Source: Meiothermus sp. (GTDB lineage Bacteria > Deinococcota > Deinococci > Deinococcales > Thermaceae). Taken from it: DNA of 64,000 bases. Positions 43,681-52,153 of this stretch are shown one piece after another. Where the stretch lies: NCBI GenBank assembly GCA_033762915.1, contig JANRLD010000013.1, positions 1 through 64,000 of the forward strand. The letters are read 5' to 3'. Each line of letters begins with the position of its first letter. Position 1 is the stretch's first letter. A model generated the notes under the pieces. The model saw only the letters and a list, made by a program, of their open reading frames with translations, made no database searches and was not told where the DNA came from. Both the position numbers and the translations under genes were made by a program.

Positions 43681-46614
43681 ATGTCCCCTCGGTTGTACCT
43701 GCTGGACGAACCGCACGTGCGGACTGGGGAGGGGCGGCTCGAGCTGAGTCCGGCCCGTCCCACCTACCTGCTGATCTATCTGGCCTGTCAGGGCGAGTGG
43801 GTCAGCCGTGAATCGCTGGCGGGCCTGCTGTGGCCCGCCAGCCCCGACGAAGAGGCCCGCCACAACCTGCGGGTGAATCTGCACCGGGCCAAAAGTCTGG
43901 GCTGGGCCGAGGGCATGGAGGTTGAGCGCGAGCGTGTACGCTTGGCGATGGACACCGACGTGGCCCAGTTTCGGGCGGCCTTGGGGCAGGCCGACTGGGG
44001 AGCGGCGCTGCGTCTGCATCGGCGGCCTTTTTTGCATGGCTTTCCGCTGCAAGATTTGCCCACCCTGGAGGAGTGGGCCGGCCTCGAGCGTCAGGCCCTG
44101 CTCGAGGCCTGGCAGAATGCCGCCCAGCGCTATGCCGAGCAGTTGCAGCAGGGCGGCAAACACGGCGAAGCCAGCGCGCTGCTGGCAGAGCTGTTGCGCC
44201 ATGACCTGCTGGCCGAAGACGTGCTACAAAACTACCTGCGGGCTGCGTATCTGGCCGGGCAACGCGAGACCGCGCTAAAAACCTATGAGCGATTCGCTCA
44301 AGAACTGCACGAGGAATTGGGCCTCGAGCCGATGCAGGCTACCCAAGAACTGGCCCAGACCCTGCGCCGCTCGCTGCCGCTGGCAGGGGTTGGCGAGAAA
44401 AGGCAGAGCGCCATTCCCCTCGAGGTGCTCCGGCCACCCCGCCTGGTTGGACGCGAGACCGAGCAGGTCCGACTGAGGACAGCGACGTTCGCCTTGGTGA
44501 GCGGCGAGCCTGGGGTGGGCAAAACCCGGCTGGTGCTGGAGGTTTTTCCCCAAGCCGTGGTGGTTCGCTGCCGCGAAGGGCTGGATAATTTGCCCTTCTA
44601 TCCGGTGTTGGAGCACCTCAAAACCCGGCTTGCCAAACTCCCCGACCTTGGCCCCTACCGCGAAGACCTGGCCCGCCTTTTGCCGGAAATCTGGCCGGGA
44701 CAAACCCTGCCCCCCGCCGACCCCCTTGGCGCCAGGGGGCGGCTGTTGGAGGCCCTGCACCGCGCATTGGCAGGGGAGGAGCCGCTACTCTTTGACGACC
44801 TGCAGTGGGCCGACCCCGGCACCTTGGAACTCTTGCTGTACCTGCGGGATCGGGGCAGGCGACTGGTGGGAACCTACCGTAGGCAGGAGGTCGGCCCGGC
44901 CCTGCTCAAGGCTATCGAGGCGCTGCGCTCAGGCGGCGTTGAGGAGATCCGACTAGAGCCCCTGGAGGGTGAGGTCTTGCGGAGACTGCTGGCCGACTTG
45001 ATGGGAAGCGACGAGGGGCCACAGCTGTTCTCCAGATGGTTGTACGGCAAGACTGGGGGCAACCCGTTTTTTGCCCTCGAGACCCTTAAGGCGCTCTTCG
45101 AGGGCGGTGTGCTCAAGGCTCAGGGCGGGGCCTGGCACACCGCCCTCGACGAAATTACCCAGGATTATTCGGAGCTTCAGGTGCCGCCCAAGGTGGCCGA
45201 GGTGGTGCACCGCAGGGTGGGTCGGCTGTCGGAGGCCGCCCAGCGGGTGGTGCAGGCGGCCAGCGTGGTGGGGGAGAACTTTAGCCCCAAGCTGCTCGCG
45301 GGCATTAGCGGGCTTTCGGAGTGGGCGGTGCTGGACGGGATGGAGGAGGCCGAGCGGGCGGGGATGATTGCGGGGGCGAGGTTTGTGCACGATGTGCTGA
45401 GGCAGGGTGTGTATCAAGAACTGCCCCAAGTCCGTTGCAGGGCCTTGCACACAAAAGTGGCTGAGCAAATCGAGGCCGAAGATCAGCCACAGCTACAGGC
45501 CGAGCACTGGTATAAAGCGGGGGAGCTACAGCGGGCGGTGGCCTTGTGGAAAAAGGCGGCCCAGCACTTGAGCGACTTGGGCCTGCACCACGAAGCCATC
45601 GGGATTCTGCAGCGCGCCCTCGCGTACACCTCAGATCCCGCACAGCAGGCTTATCTCCGCGCAACGCTTGCCGAACAGTATCATCAGGTCGCGGAGTACC
45701 AAAAAGCCAGTGAGCTGATCGAGCAAACCCTTAATCAGACCAGCGACGGGATTGTGCGGGCCAAGCTGTGGGCCATTCAACTGCATGTCCTGTCGGATCT
45801 GGGCAGGATGGAGCAGTGTGCGCAGATTGTCGAGCAACACCTCGCCCATGCGGATGCCCTCGAGGACCCGCGGGTGCGCCTCGAGGTGCGCTGGGCCATC
45901 GCTACCGTCTATGGCGGCTTGGGTAGGTCTAAGGAGGCCCTCGACATCATCCAGACCGATATCAAACTGCTGGAGGAGGCCGGGCCGTCGGTGACCCTGT
46001 CCGATTATCTCAGCAGCCTGGGCAGCGTTTACGATCACCTGGAGCAACACCAGACCGCTCTGGACTATCATCAACGGGCCTACCAGATGGCCAAAGCCCT
46101 GAACGCCCGCAACATGCAGGTGATTACGGTACAAAACCTGCTATTTTGTCTGGGCGCACTGGGGCGCAGCGAAGAGGGTGTAGGGCCTGCCGAAGAAGCC
46201 CTGAGCCTGGGCCAGTTTGCCCGCAGCGACATCCTGCGCAACAACCTTGGCGCGACCCTCCAACGCCTGGGCCGCTACCAAGCCTCGCTGCAGCACTACC
46301 AGTACTTGGCGGCCCAGGCCCGCGAGCCCATCTGGCGAGCCGTAGCCCATGCCCGACTGGCCGAGGCGTGGTCTCATTTGAGGCAGACCGAGGCCATAGT
46401 GCCCGCCCTCGAGCGCGCACTCGAGGGCCTGGCCCAGACCGATCATCCGTTTGCGCTGGCGCTGGTGGCCTCGAGGGTGCTTCGCTACGGCAATGACAGT
46501 CAGATCGGCCGTATCCAACCCGTCCTGGCCCGCATCAACCCAGAGGCCCTCAACCCGATGGTGCGCGCCCAACTCGAGCAGGCCCAAGCAGAGTACGCCG
46601 ACAGAACCCGGTGA
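43681..46614 (+). CDS. SARP-family transcriptional activator (wHTH-BTAD-AAA ATPase-TPR)
   Basis: SRESLAGLLWP...ARHNLRVNLHR, BTAD (EEW...ER, ELGLEP), GEPGVGKT, FDDLQWAD, TGGNPFF, TPR tail; CATAAT-6nt-ATG. Confidence 0.92.
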   Translation: MSPRLYLLDEPHVRTGEGRLELSPARPTYLLIYLACQGEWVSRESLAGLLWPASPDEEARHNLRVNLHRAKSLGWAEGMEVERERVRLAMDTDVAQFRAALGQADWGAALRLHRRPFLHGFPLQDLPTLEEWAGLERQALLEAWQNAAQRYAEQLQQGGKHGEASALLAELLRHDLLAEDVLQNYLRAAYLAGQRETALKTYERFAQELHEELGLEPMQATQELAQTLRRSLPLAGVGEKRQSAIPLEVLRPPRLVGRETEQVRLRTATFALVSGEPGVGKTRLVLEVFPQAVVVRCREGLDNLPFYPVLEHLKTRLAKLPDLGPYREDLARLLPEIWPGQTLPPADPLGARGRLLEALHRALAGEEPLLFDDLQWADPGTLELLLYLRDRGRRLVGTYRRQEVGPALLKAIEALRSGGVEEIRLEPLEGEVLRRLLADLMGSDEGPQLFSRWLYGKTGGNPFFALETLKALFEGGVLKAQGGAWHTALDEITQDYSELQVPPKVAEVVHRRVGRLSEAAQRVVQAASVVGENFSPKLLAGISGLSEWAVLDGMEEAERAGMIAGARFVHDVLRQGVYQELPQVRCRALHTKVAEQIEAEDQPQLQAEHWYKAGELQRAVALWKKAAQHLSDLGLHHEAIGILQRALAYTSDPAQQAYLRATLAEQYHQVAEYQKASELIEQTLNQTSDGIVRAKLWAIQLHVLSDLGRMEQCAQIVEQHLAHADALEDPRVRLEVRWAIATVYGGLGRSKEALDIIQTDIKLLEEAGPSVTLSDYLSSLGSVYDHLEQHQTALDYHQRAYQMAKALNARNMQVITVQNLLFCLGALGRSEEGVGPAEEALSLGQFARSDILRNNLGATLQRLGRYQASLQHYQYLAAQAREPIWRAVAHARLAEAWSHLRQTEAIVPALERALEGLAQTDHPFALALVASRVLRYGNDSQIGRIQPVLARINPEALNPMVRAQLEQAQAEYADRTR

Positions 46615-46644
46615 GACGGCGGTGTAACGTTCCCCCGGTAGGCT
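46612..46644 (+). promoter_or_regulatory. Heptamer direct-repeat box plus -10 (type II)
   Basis: TGAGACG-gcgg-TGTAACG-9nt-TAGGCT, then 6 nt to ATG 46651. Confidence 0.7.
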
Positions 46645-46650
46645 CGGCAC

Positions 46651-46836
46651 ATGGTATCCAAGGTGAGCCATAGCCTGATCGTGCGGATGCTGCGGGCGTG
46701 CCGGGGGTCGGGCCCCGAGCGGTCAGAGCCCCGGTTTGTGGTGTGCGACCTCAAGACCGGCAAGGAGCAAGAACTGGCCGATTGGGAGGCCCTGAGGGGC
46801 TTTCTCGAGCGCCTCTGGGCGCGCCGCCTGCGTTGA
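46651..46836 (+). CDS. Small hypothetical protein downstream of the SARP gene
   Basis: Leaderless geometry behind the type II box; SLIVRM...VVCDLKTGKEQ..ADWEALRGFL looks like a folded small domain. Confidence 0.65.
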   Translation: MVSKVSHSLIVRMLRACRGSGPERSEPRFVVCDLKTGKEQELADWEALRGFLERLWARRLR

Positions 46837-46877
46837 GGTGGTGCTACCATTAGGCTACCCGATCGAGGGATGAAACT

Positions 46878-47675
46878 ATGCGGGTACGGACGATGTTGTT
46901 GCTGGGCTTGCTGATGACCGGTTCGCTGGCCCTGGGCCAGGGGATGATGGCCCAAACCGTGACCTACAGGAATGGCGACCTTGAGCTGCGCGGCTTCCTC
47001 TACCGCCCTCAGGGCCCCGGCCCCTTTCCTGTCATCGTCTACAACCACGGCAGCGAGAAAAATCTGGCCTACATTGACAGGCTGGCCCTACCCTTCGTCC
47101 AGCAAGGCTACGCCTTTTTTGCCCCCAACCGCCGGGGGCATGGGCGTTCTCCGGGGAACTACATTCTGGACGAGTTGAATACGCTGAGCGGGGCCGAGTG
47201 GAGCCGAGCCTTGGTACGCCTACACGAGGAGCAGCTCTCTGACCAGCTGGCGGGGGTGGCCTTCCTTAAAACCCAACCATTCGTGGACACCGGCCGAATG
47301 GCTGTTTTCGGTTGGTCGTTTGGGGGCATCCAGACCATGCTGGCGGTGGAGCGCTCCGAGGTTGGCTATAGGGCCGCTGTGAACTGTGCGGGTGCGGCCC
47401 AGACCTGGAATAGCTCGCCGGATCTGCGCGCCCGTCTCCTTAAGGCAGCCCAGAACGCGGCCATGCCGGTCTTCTTTATCCAGGCCCAAAACGACACCTC
47501 CGACTCTGCTCTACAAGCCCTCTCCGAGGAGATGCGCAAAGCGGGCAAGCCCTATCAGGCCAAAGTGTTCCCAGCGTTCGGCGCTTCTGCTCAAGATGGG
47601 CACAGCTTTTGTGCGCTGGGGGCCGAGTTGTGGGGGCCGGAAGTGTTTGCTTTTTTTGCCAAAGCGCTCAAATAG
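46878..47675 (+). CDS. Secreted dienelactone-hydrolase-like alpha/beta hydrolase
   Basis: Signal peptide; YNHG, GWSFGG nucleophile elbow, ND, GHSF. Confidence 0.9.
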   Translation: MRVRTMLLLGLLMTGSLALGQGMMAQTVTYRNGDLELRGFLYRPQGPGPFPVIVYNHGSEKNLAYIDRLALPFVQQGYAFFAPNRRGHGRSPGNYILDELNTLSGAEWSRALVRLHEEQLSDQLAGVAFLKTQPFVDTGRMAVFGWSFGGIQTMLAVERSEVGYRAAVNCAGAAQTWNSSPDLRARLLKAAQNAAMPVFFIQAQNDTSDSALQALSEEMRKAGKPYQAKVFPAFGASAQDGHSFCALGAELWGPEVFAFFAKALK

Positions 47676-47697
47676 GTTCAAGACTCGAGCCGTCTCG

Positions 47698-47717
47698 CCC
47701 CGCTTCGGCGGGGTTTC
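47698..47717 (+). terminator. Probable terminator
   Basis: CCCCGC-TTCG-GCGGGG-TTT after the hydrolase stop. Confidence 0.6.
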
Positions 47718-47725
47718 CATTGATT

Positions 47726-47758
47726 TGAGACGGTGGTGTAACGAAGGCCATCTATCCT
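47726..47758 (+). promoter_or_regulatory. Heptamer direct-repeat box plus -10 (type II)
   Basis: TGAGACG-gtgg-TGTAACG-9nt-TATCCT. Confidence 0.7.
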
Positions 47759-47782
47759 CGAGCCATTCAGATAGAGCCAACT

Positions 47783-47816
47783 CGTTACCCGCTCGTTACC
47801 GAGCCGACGGCACACT
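47783..47816 (+). promoter_or_regulatory. Heptamer direct-repeat box plus -10 (type I)
   Basis: CGTTACC-cgct-CGTTACC-10nt-CACACT, then AGGAGG RBS. Confidence 0.75.
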
Positions 47817-47834
47817 CTATCCAGGAGGCCCAAG

Positions 47835-48869
47835 ATGAAACCCTATACCCTGCTTGTCCCCGCCCTGCTCATCGCCTTGCTTTCGGCTTGCGGCACCGGC
47901 GCCCCTACCCCCAACAACCCTGCACCCGGCAGTCCCACCAACCCCAGTAACCCGACCAACCCCACCCAGCCCACCAACCCTACAAACCCCACCCAGCCCA
48001 CCAACCCCAGCAACGGCGGTACCGCCAGCTTTAAAACCGCCACGCTTCTGCCCGAGGGCCTGAAAGACCTCGAGCAAGACATCTCCCCGCTGCTGGTGCA
48101 GTTGGTCGAGATCGCCCGCAACCGCAGCAACAACGCCGCGACCCTGACCGGCACCCTGACCCAAGTCGGTAACACCAGCAACTTCAACTACTCGGCCACG
48201 CCCACCAACGGTCTGAGGATCGTCTGGGGCGATGGCGCGGTGTACGAGTTCGTGATCGGCAGGTTCCAGGGGAGCCTGGCAAGCGGGGCCAATGCTTTTT
48301 ACAAGGGCAACCACTTGCTGGAGTACACAGCCAAACTCAAACCCGAAAACGACATCGGCAACGTCAACCTTTCGTTGCGTTCCCAGCGCCAGGGGGCCAA
48401 CTTAGCGGTGAAAATCACCGGCACCGCGCTGTTTGAAAACCTTAGCCACACCCTCAATCTCGACTATGTCCAGGTGGTGCTCTCCGAGATCGGCAATGGC
48501 TCCATCACCTTCCACCACCAGGACACCCTGCAAGGCAGTATCAGTGGCCCGGCCGTGCAAATCCAGGTTTCCGAGGCCTACGACTTCAAGGTGGTGGGTG
48601 GCTCGAGCAGTCTGGTTATGCAAACCATCCGCAGCTTTAACAACGCCTGGACCGAAGGCGGCCAGCAGTTCCGGCTGCAAAACGGCCTGATCAAAAAGGT
48701 ATTCCGCGATGGTAGCCCCATCGAGCGCGACTTCTGGACAGCCCAGGGTGATTTGCTGCGCGGCGGCGTGAGAGTGGGTGGATTGGGGCAGGCCTTCAGC
48801 GGGAATTTGCTCGAGCAGTTCCTCGATACCCCCAACGGCAGAATTCGTCTTGGTGCGGCCCAGTTCTAA
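47835..48869 (+). CDS. Lipoprotein with P-T/S-N/Q tripeptide repeat linker and beta-rich domain
   Basis: LLSAC lipobox; nine 9-bp units at 47934-48014; AGGAGG RBS. Confidence 0.88.
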   Translation: MKPYTLLVPALLIALLSACGTGAPTPNNPAPGSPTNPSNPTNPTQPTNPTNPTQPTNPSNGGTASFKTATLLPEGLKDLEQDISPLLVQLVEIARNRSNNAATLTGTLTQVGNTSNFNYSATPTNGLRIVWGDGAVYEFVIGRFQGSLASGANAFYKGNHLLEYTAKLKPENDIGNVNLSLRSQRQGANLAVKITGTALFENLSHTLNLDYVQVVLSEIGNGSITFHHQDTLQGSISGPAVQIQVSEAYDFKVVGGSSSLVMQTIRSFNNAWTEGGQQFRLQNGLIKKVFRDGSPIERDFWTAQGDLLRGGVRVGGLGQAFSGNLLEQFLDTPNGRIRLGAAQF

Positions 48870-48891
48870 GTGCTGTCGCGTTTTCCACCCA

Positions 48892-48995
48892 TACTCCGCC
48901 CACGCTGCGGAGTAGTGCACTCGGTACGGCGGTTGTTGCCGTACCGAGTGTTCGTGGCATACTCCCTACAGCGGTTTCTGCTGTAGGGAGTATGC
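48892..48995. repeat. Cluster of three hairpins, including two family-2 hairpins
   Basis: TACTCCGC..GCGGAGTA; CACTCGGTACGGC-GGTTGTT-GCCGTACCGAGTG (48918-48950); GCATACTCCCTACAGC-GGTTTCT-GCTGTAGGGAGTATGC (48957-48995). Confidence 0.85.
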
Positions 48996-49184
48996 GTAAG
49001 AACTGCTCAAACCCGCATAAAAATCCTGTAAAGTCCGCAGCTTCTCTACCGTAATGTCGTTGCTGTACACCTTCAATACCTGCGCATCGCCGTAAGCGTG
49101 GGCCTCGGCTTCCATGCCCCGCCCCAGCAAGGTGTTCTCGCTCAAACCATACCGTGACAACAGTTCGGTTTTGGCCTGGCTCAT
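48966..49184 (-). pseudogene. Truncated APH/kinase-like gene fragment
   Basis: LLGRGMEAEAHAYGDAQVLKVY is a kinase N-lobe only; the ORF runs into and stops inside the family-2 hairpin. Confidence 0.65.
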
Positions 49185-50963
49185 CTACATCCAGTCATCG
49201 CTGGGCATCACAAACACATCGTCCATCCGCTTGAGCCGCGCCGCCAGCAGCGGTACCTTGTCCAACTCGTAGTTGAAAAAGTAGCGGGCCGCCTCGAGCT
49301 TGCCCCGGTAAAAGTTCCCCTCTTTCCCCTCGGCCACCCTGGCCTGCTGCAACCAACACCAGGCCAGCGTCACCGTCCCAAACAACTCCATGTAGGCAAA
49401 CGAGTTGGCCAGGGCTTTCTCAACTTCACCTGCTGCTGCTTTGCCCAACAAGAACCGTGTCACCTCGGTTGTGGTGTTTAATGCGGCCTCGAGCTGTTCG
49501 GCGTATCCGTGCAACTCACTGCCCTCTGCCCGCTGCCCTCGTTCCTCTATCGTCTTTTGAATTTCCCCCGCCCACAACCCATACCCCGCCCCGCCCTGCA
49601 TCCCCACCTTGCGCCCCAGCAGGTCCAGCGCCTGAATCCCGTTGGTGCCCTCGTGAATCGCGTTGAGGCGATTGTCGCGGTAGAACTGCTCGACGTTGTA
49701 GTCGCGGGTGTAGCCGTAGCCTCCGTGGACCTGGATGGCGAGTTCGTTGGCCCTGAGACCCAGCTCGCTCGACCAGCCCTTGACCACAGGCGTGAGCACC
49801 TCGAGCAGCAGCCGCGCCTGCTCGGCCGCTTCGGCGGTGGCGGCGGTGCGCTCCTCGTCTACCAGCCTCGCGGCGTACAAGCACAGGTGCAAGCAGCCCT
49901 CGGCGTAGGCTTTTTGGGTCAGCAGCATGCGCCGCACGTCGGAGTGGTGGATGATGGGGACGGCGGGGCTGGCGGGGTTTTTGTCGGTCAGGCGGCGACC
50001 CTGGGTGCGCTCACGAGCGTACTCGAGGGCGTGCAGGTAGCCGGTGTAGGCCAGCGCCATGGCCCCCATCCCCACCCCAATGCGGGCCTCGTTCATCATG
50101 GTGAACATGTAGCTGAGGCCCTGGTGTGGCTCGCCCACCAGCTCGCCCACCGCGTCCTCGAAGCTCAGCAGGCAGTTGGGGATGCCCGCGTAGCCCATCT
50201 TGTGGTTGAGGCCGGCCAGCTTGACCCCGTTGCGCCCGCCCAGGCTGCCGTCGTCATTCACGCGGTACTTGGGCACGATGAACAGCGAGATGCCCTTGAC
50301 CCCCGGCGGCCCCCCCGGAATCTTGGCCAGCACCAGGTGCACGATGTTCTCCGAGACCTCGTGGTCACCGCCGGAGATCCACATCTTGGAGCCGTTGAGC
50401 CGGAAGGTTCCGCCCTCCACCGGCTCGGCGCGGGTCAGGATGTCGGTCAGCGAGGAGCCTGCGTGCGGCTCAGAGAGGCACATGGTGCCAAAGAAGCGCC
50501 CCTCGAGCTGCGGCGTCAGGTACTTCTTCTTCTGGGCCTCGGAGCCGTACTTGCGAATCACGTTGGCGTTGCCTGCGGTGAGCAGGGCATAGCTCGAGGT
50601 AGCGATGTTGGCGGCCTTGAACACGCTGCCATAGGCGGTGGAGATCACATAGGGCAGTTGAATCCCGCCCAGCTCGTAGTCGTGGGTGGCGGCGAACAAA
50701 CCGGCCTTGCGGTATTCGTTCAGGGCAGCCTTGACCTCGGGGTTGGTATGCACCTTTTCGCCGTCGAACCAAGGCTCCTCCTGGTCGTTTTTCTTGTTGT
50801 GGGTAGCGAACTGCTCTCCGGCGATTTTGTAAGCCACGTCAAAGATGTCCTTGAAGGTCTCGCGGCTGTGGTCGGCGTAGCGCTCGCGCCCGGTCAGGGC
50901 CTCGACATCCAGAACTTCGTAGAGCAGGAATTCGAGGTCGCGCCTCGAGATGAGCTTGTCCAT
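49185..50963 (-). CDS. Acyl-CoA dehydrogenase
   Basis: MCLSEPHAGS, GSKMWISGG, MNEARIGVG, QVHGGYGY, IHEGTNGIQALDL. Confidence 0.95.
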   Translation of the reverse strand: MDKLISRRDLEFLLYEVLDVEALTGRERYADHSRETFKDIFDVAYKIAGEQFATHNKKNDQEEPWFDGEKVHTNPEVKAALNEYRKAGLFAATHDYELGGIQLPYVISTAYGSVFKAANIATSSYALLTAGNANVIRKYGSEAQKKKYLTPQLEGRFFGTMCLSEPHAGSSLTDILTRAEPVEGGTFRLNGSKMWISGGDHEVSENIVHLVLAKIPGGPPGVKGISLFIVPKYRVNDDGSLGGRNGVKLAGLNHKMGYAGIPNCLLSFEDAVGELVGEPHQGLSYMFTMMNEARIGVGMGAMALAYTGYLHALEYARERTQGRRLTDKNPASPAVPIIHHSDVRRMLLTQKAYAEGCLHLCLYAARLVDEERTAATAEAAEQARLLLEVLTPVVKGWSSELGLRANELAIQVHGGYGYTRDYNVEQFYRDNRLNAIHEGTNGIQALDLLGRKVGMQGGAGYGLWAGEIQKTIEERGQRAEGSELHGYAEQLEAALNTTTEVTRFLLGKAAAGEVEKALANSFAYMELFGTVTLAWCWLQQARVAEGKEGNFYRGKLEAARYFFNYELDKVPLLAARLKRMDDVFVMPSDDWM

Positions 50964-51006
50964 GGCCGGGCAATTCTACAGCCTGGCGGGGCTTTAAAGT
51001 GGGTCC

Positions 51007-51542
51007 GTGCGTCGACTTGATGTGCTCGAGCGAAAGAAGCTGCGGGGCGTTTCACGGTGGTTGGCGGCCGTATCCAGGTGGGCGGATGGTTTTGAAGGGT
51101 ACTGCTGGCTACCGGACGAGGGGCGGCGATACCGCAACTGGAGAATCCCGCTGACCTCGAGCCTGGTCAACCCGCCCAAAGCCCGCAAGGCCGTTCAGCG
51201 CACCTGCATCGCCCAGATGCTCAGGGCGGCGAGGCAGATTGTAGGGTCCTGCCCCGTGTCCTACCAAGGCTATTACACGGTTGCCTGCTTGTTTGTACTG
51301 CCTTGGTTGCATCAAAGCGAGGTGACGGTTTTCTACGACCCCGACTACTTTGCTGGGTTTTGCGGGGGCGCAACGAGCTCGAGCCACACAAATTATCAAC
51401 CGATTTCGGCATCGCCAGCCCTGAAGGTTTTGTCGAACGAGGTTTCAGGATTATCCATGAAGAGAACCGGGTGGACGATTGGACAGCCGCTTTGAGAATG
51501 GACTGGTCGTGTGGGGTAGAAGTGGTGCTTCTCGAGGGTTGA
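51007..51542 (+). pseudogene. DUF3916-like protein, apparently frameshifted
   Basis: KKLRG..R...RW...F...RYRNWRIP...LV pattern; after a G5 run at ~51364-51368 a plausible C-terminus (RNELEPHKLSTDFGIASPEGFVERGF) continues in another frame. Confidence 0.6.
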
Positions 51543-51564
51543 AGGTTTGGGTTATCGTGCACTC

Positions 51565-52089
51565 ATGAGCCACGCCCAGCGCCCCGACCCCAGCGAGCAC
51601 CTGCCCTATTTTTCGCGCTATGTAGACCTGGTGCCCGAGGGGGACATTGTGCAGATGATGGAGACGGAGTTTGCTCGAGTTCTCTCCCGCCTCTCCGCCC
51701 TCACCCCCGCCCAGGCCCGGTACCGCTACGCGGAAGGCAAGTGGAGCGTGACCGAGGTGGTGGGGCACATCTGCGACACCGAGCGGGTCTTCACCTACCG
51801 CGCCCTGCATGCCGCCCGCCGCGACCCCAGCCCGCTGCCGGGCTTTGACCAGGCCCAGTGGGCGGGCGAGGTGGACTACGCCAGCCGCGACTTGCCGGAT
51901 GTATTGAATGAGTGGCGCACGGTACGGGCAGCCTCGATTTCACTGTTTGGCAATTTGAGCGCGGAAGCTTGGTCGCGCCGAGCCACAGTAAGCGGGAACG
52001 CGCTGACTCCCAGGGCTTGTGCGTACATCATCGTGGGGCATGTGCTGCACCACCTGAAGGGGTTCGAAAACGACTACGGCGTGCTCTGA
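51565..52089 (+). CDS. DinB family protein
   Basis: RYAEGKWSVTEVVGHICDTERVF, LPGFDQ, GHVLHH. Confidence 0.92.
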   Translation: MSHAQRPDPSEHLPYFSRYVDLVPEGDIVQMMETEFARVLSRLSALTPAQARYRYAEGKWSVTEVVGHICDTERVFTYRALHAARRDPSPLPGFDQAQWAGEVDYASRDLPDVLNEWRTVRAASISLFGNLSAEAWSRRATVSGNALTPRACAYIIVGHVLHHLKGFENDYGVL

Positions 52090-52153
52090 GGTCCCTGGCC
52101 CCGGCCGCGCGGCCTCTCGAGCATCTCGTCCGGCCGTCCGCTACAATGCCGAT

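Noticed and set aside
46842..46859. TGCTACC-atta-GGCTACC as another type I box before the hydrolase
   Set aside because: Two mismatches per half and no -10 at the expected position
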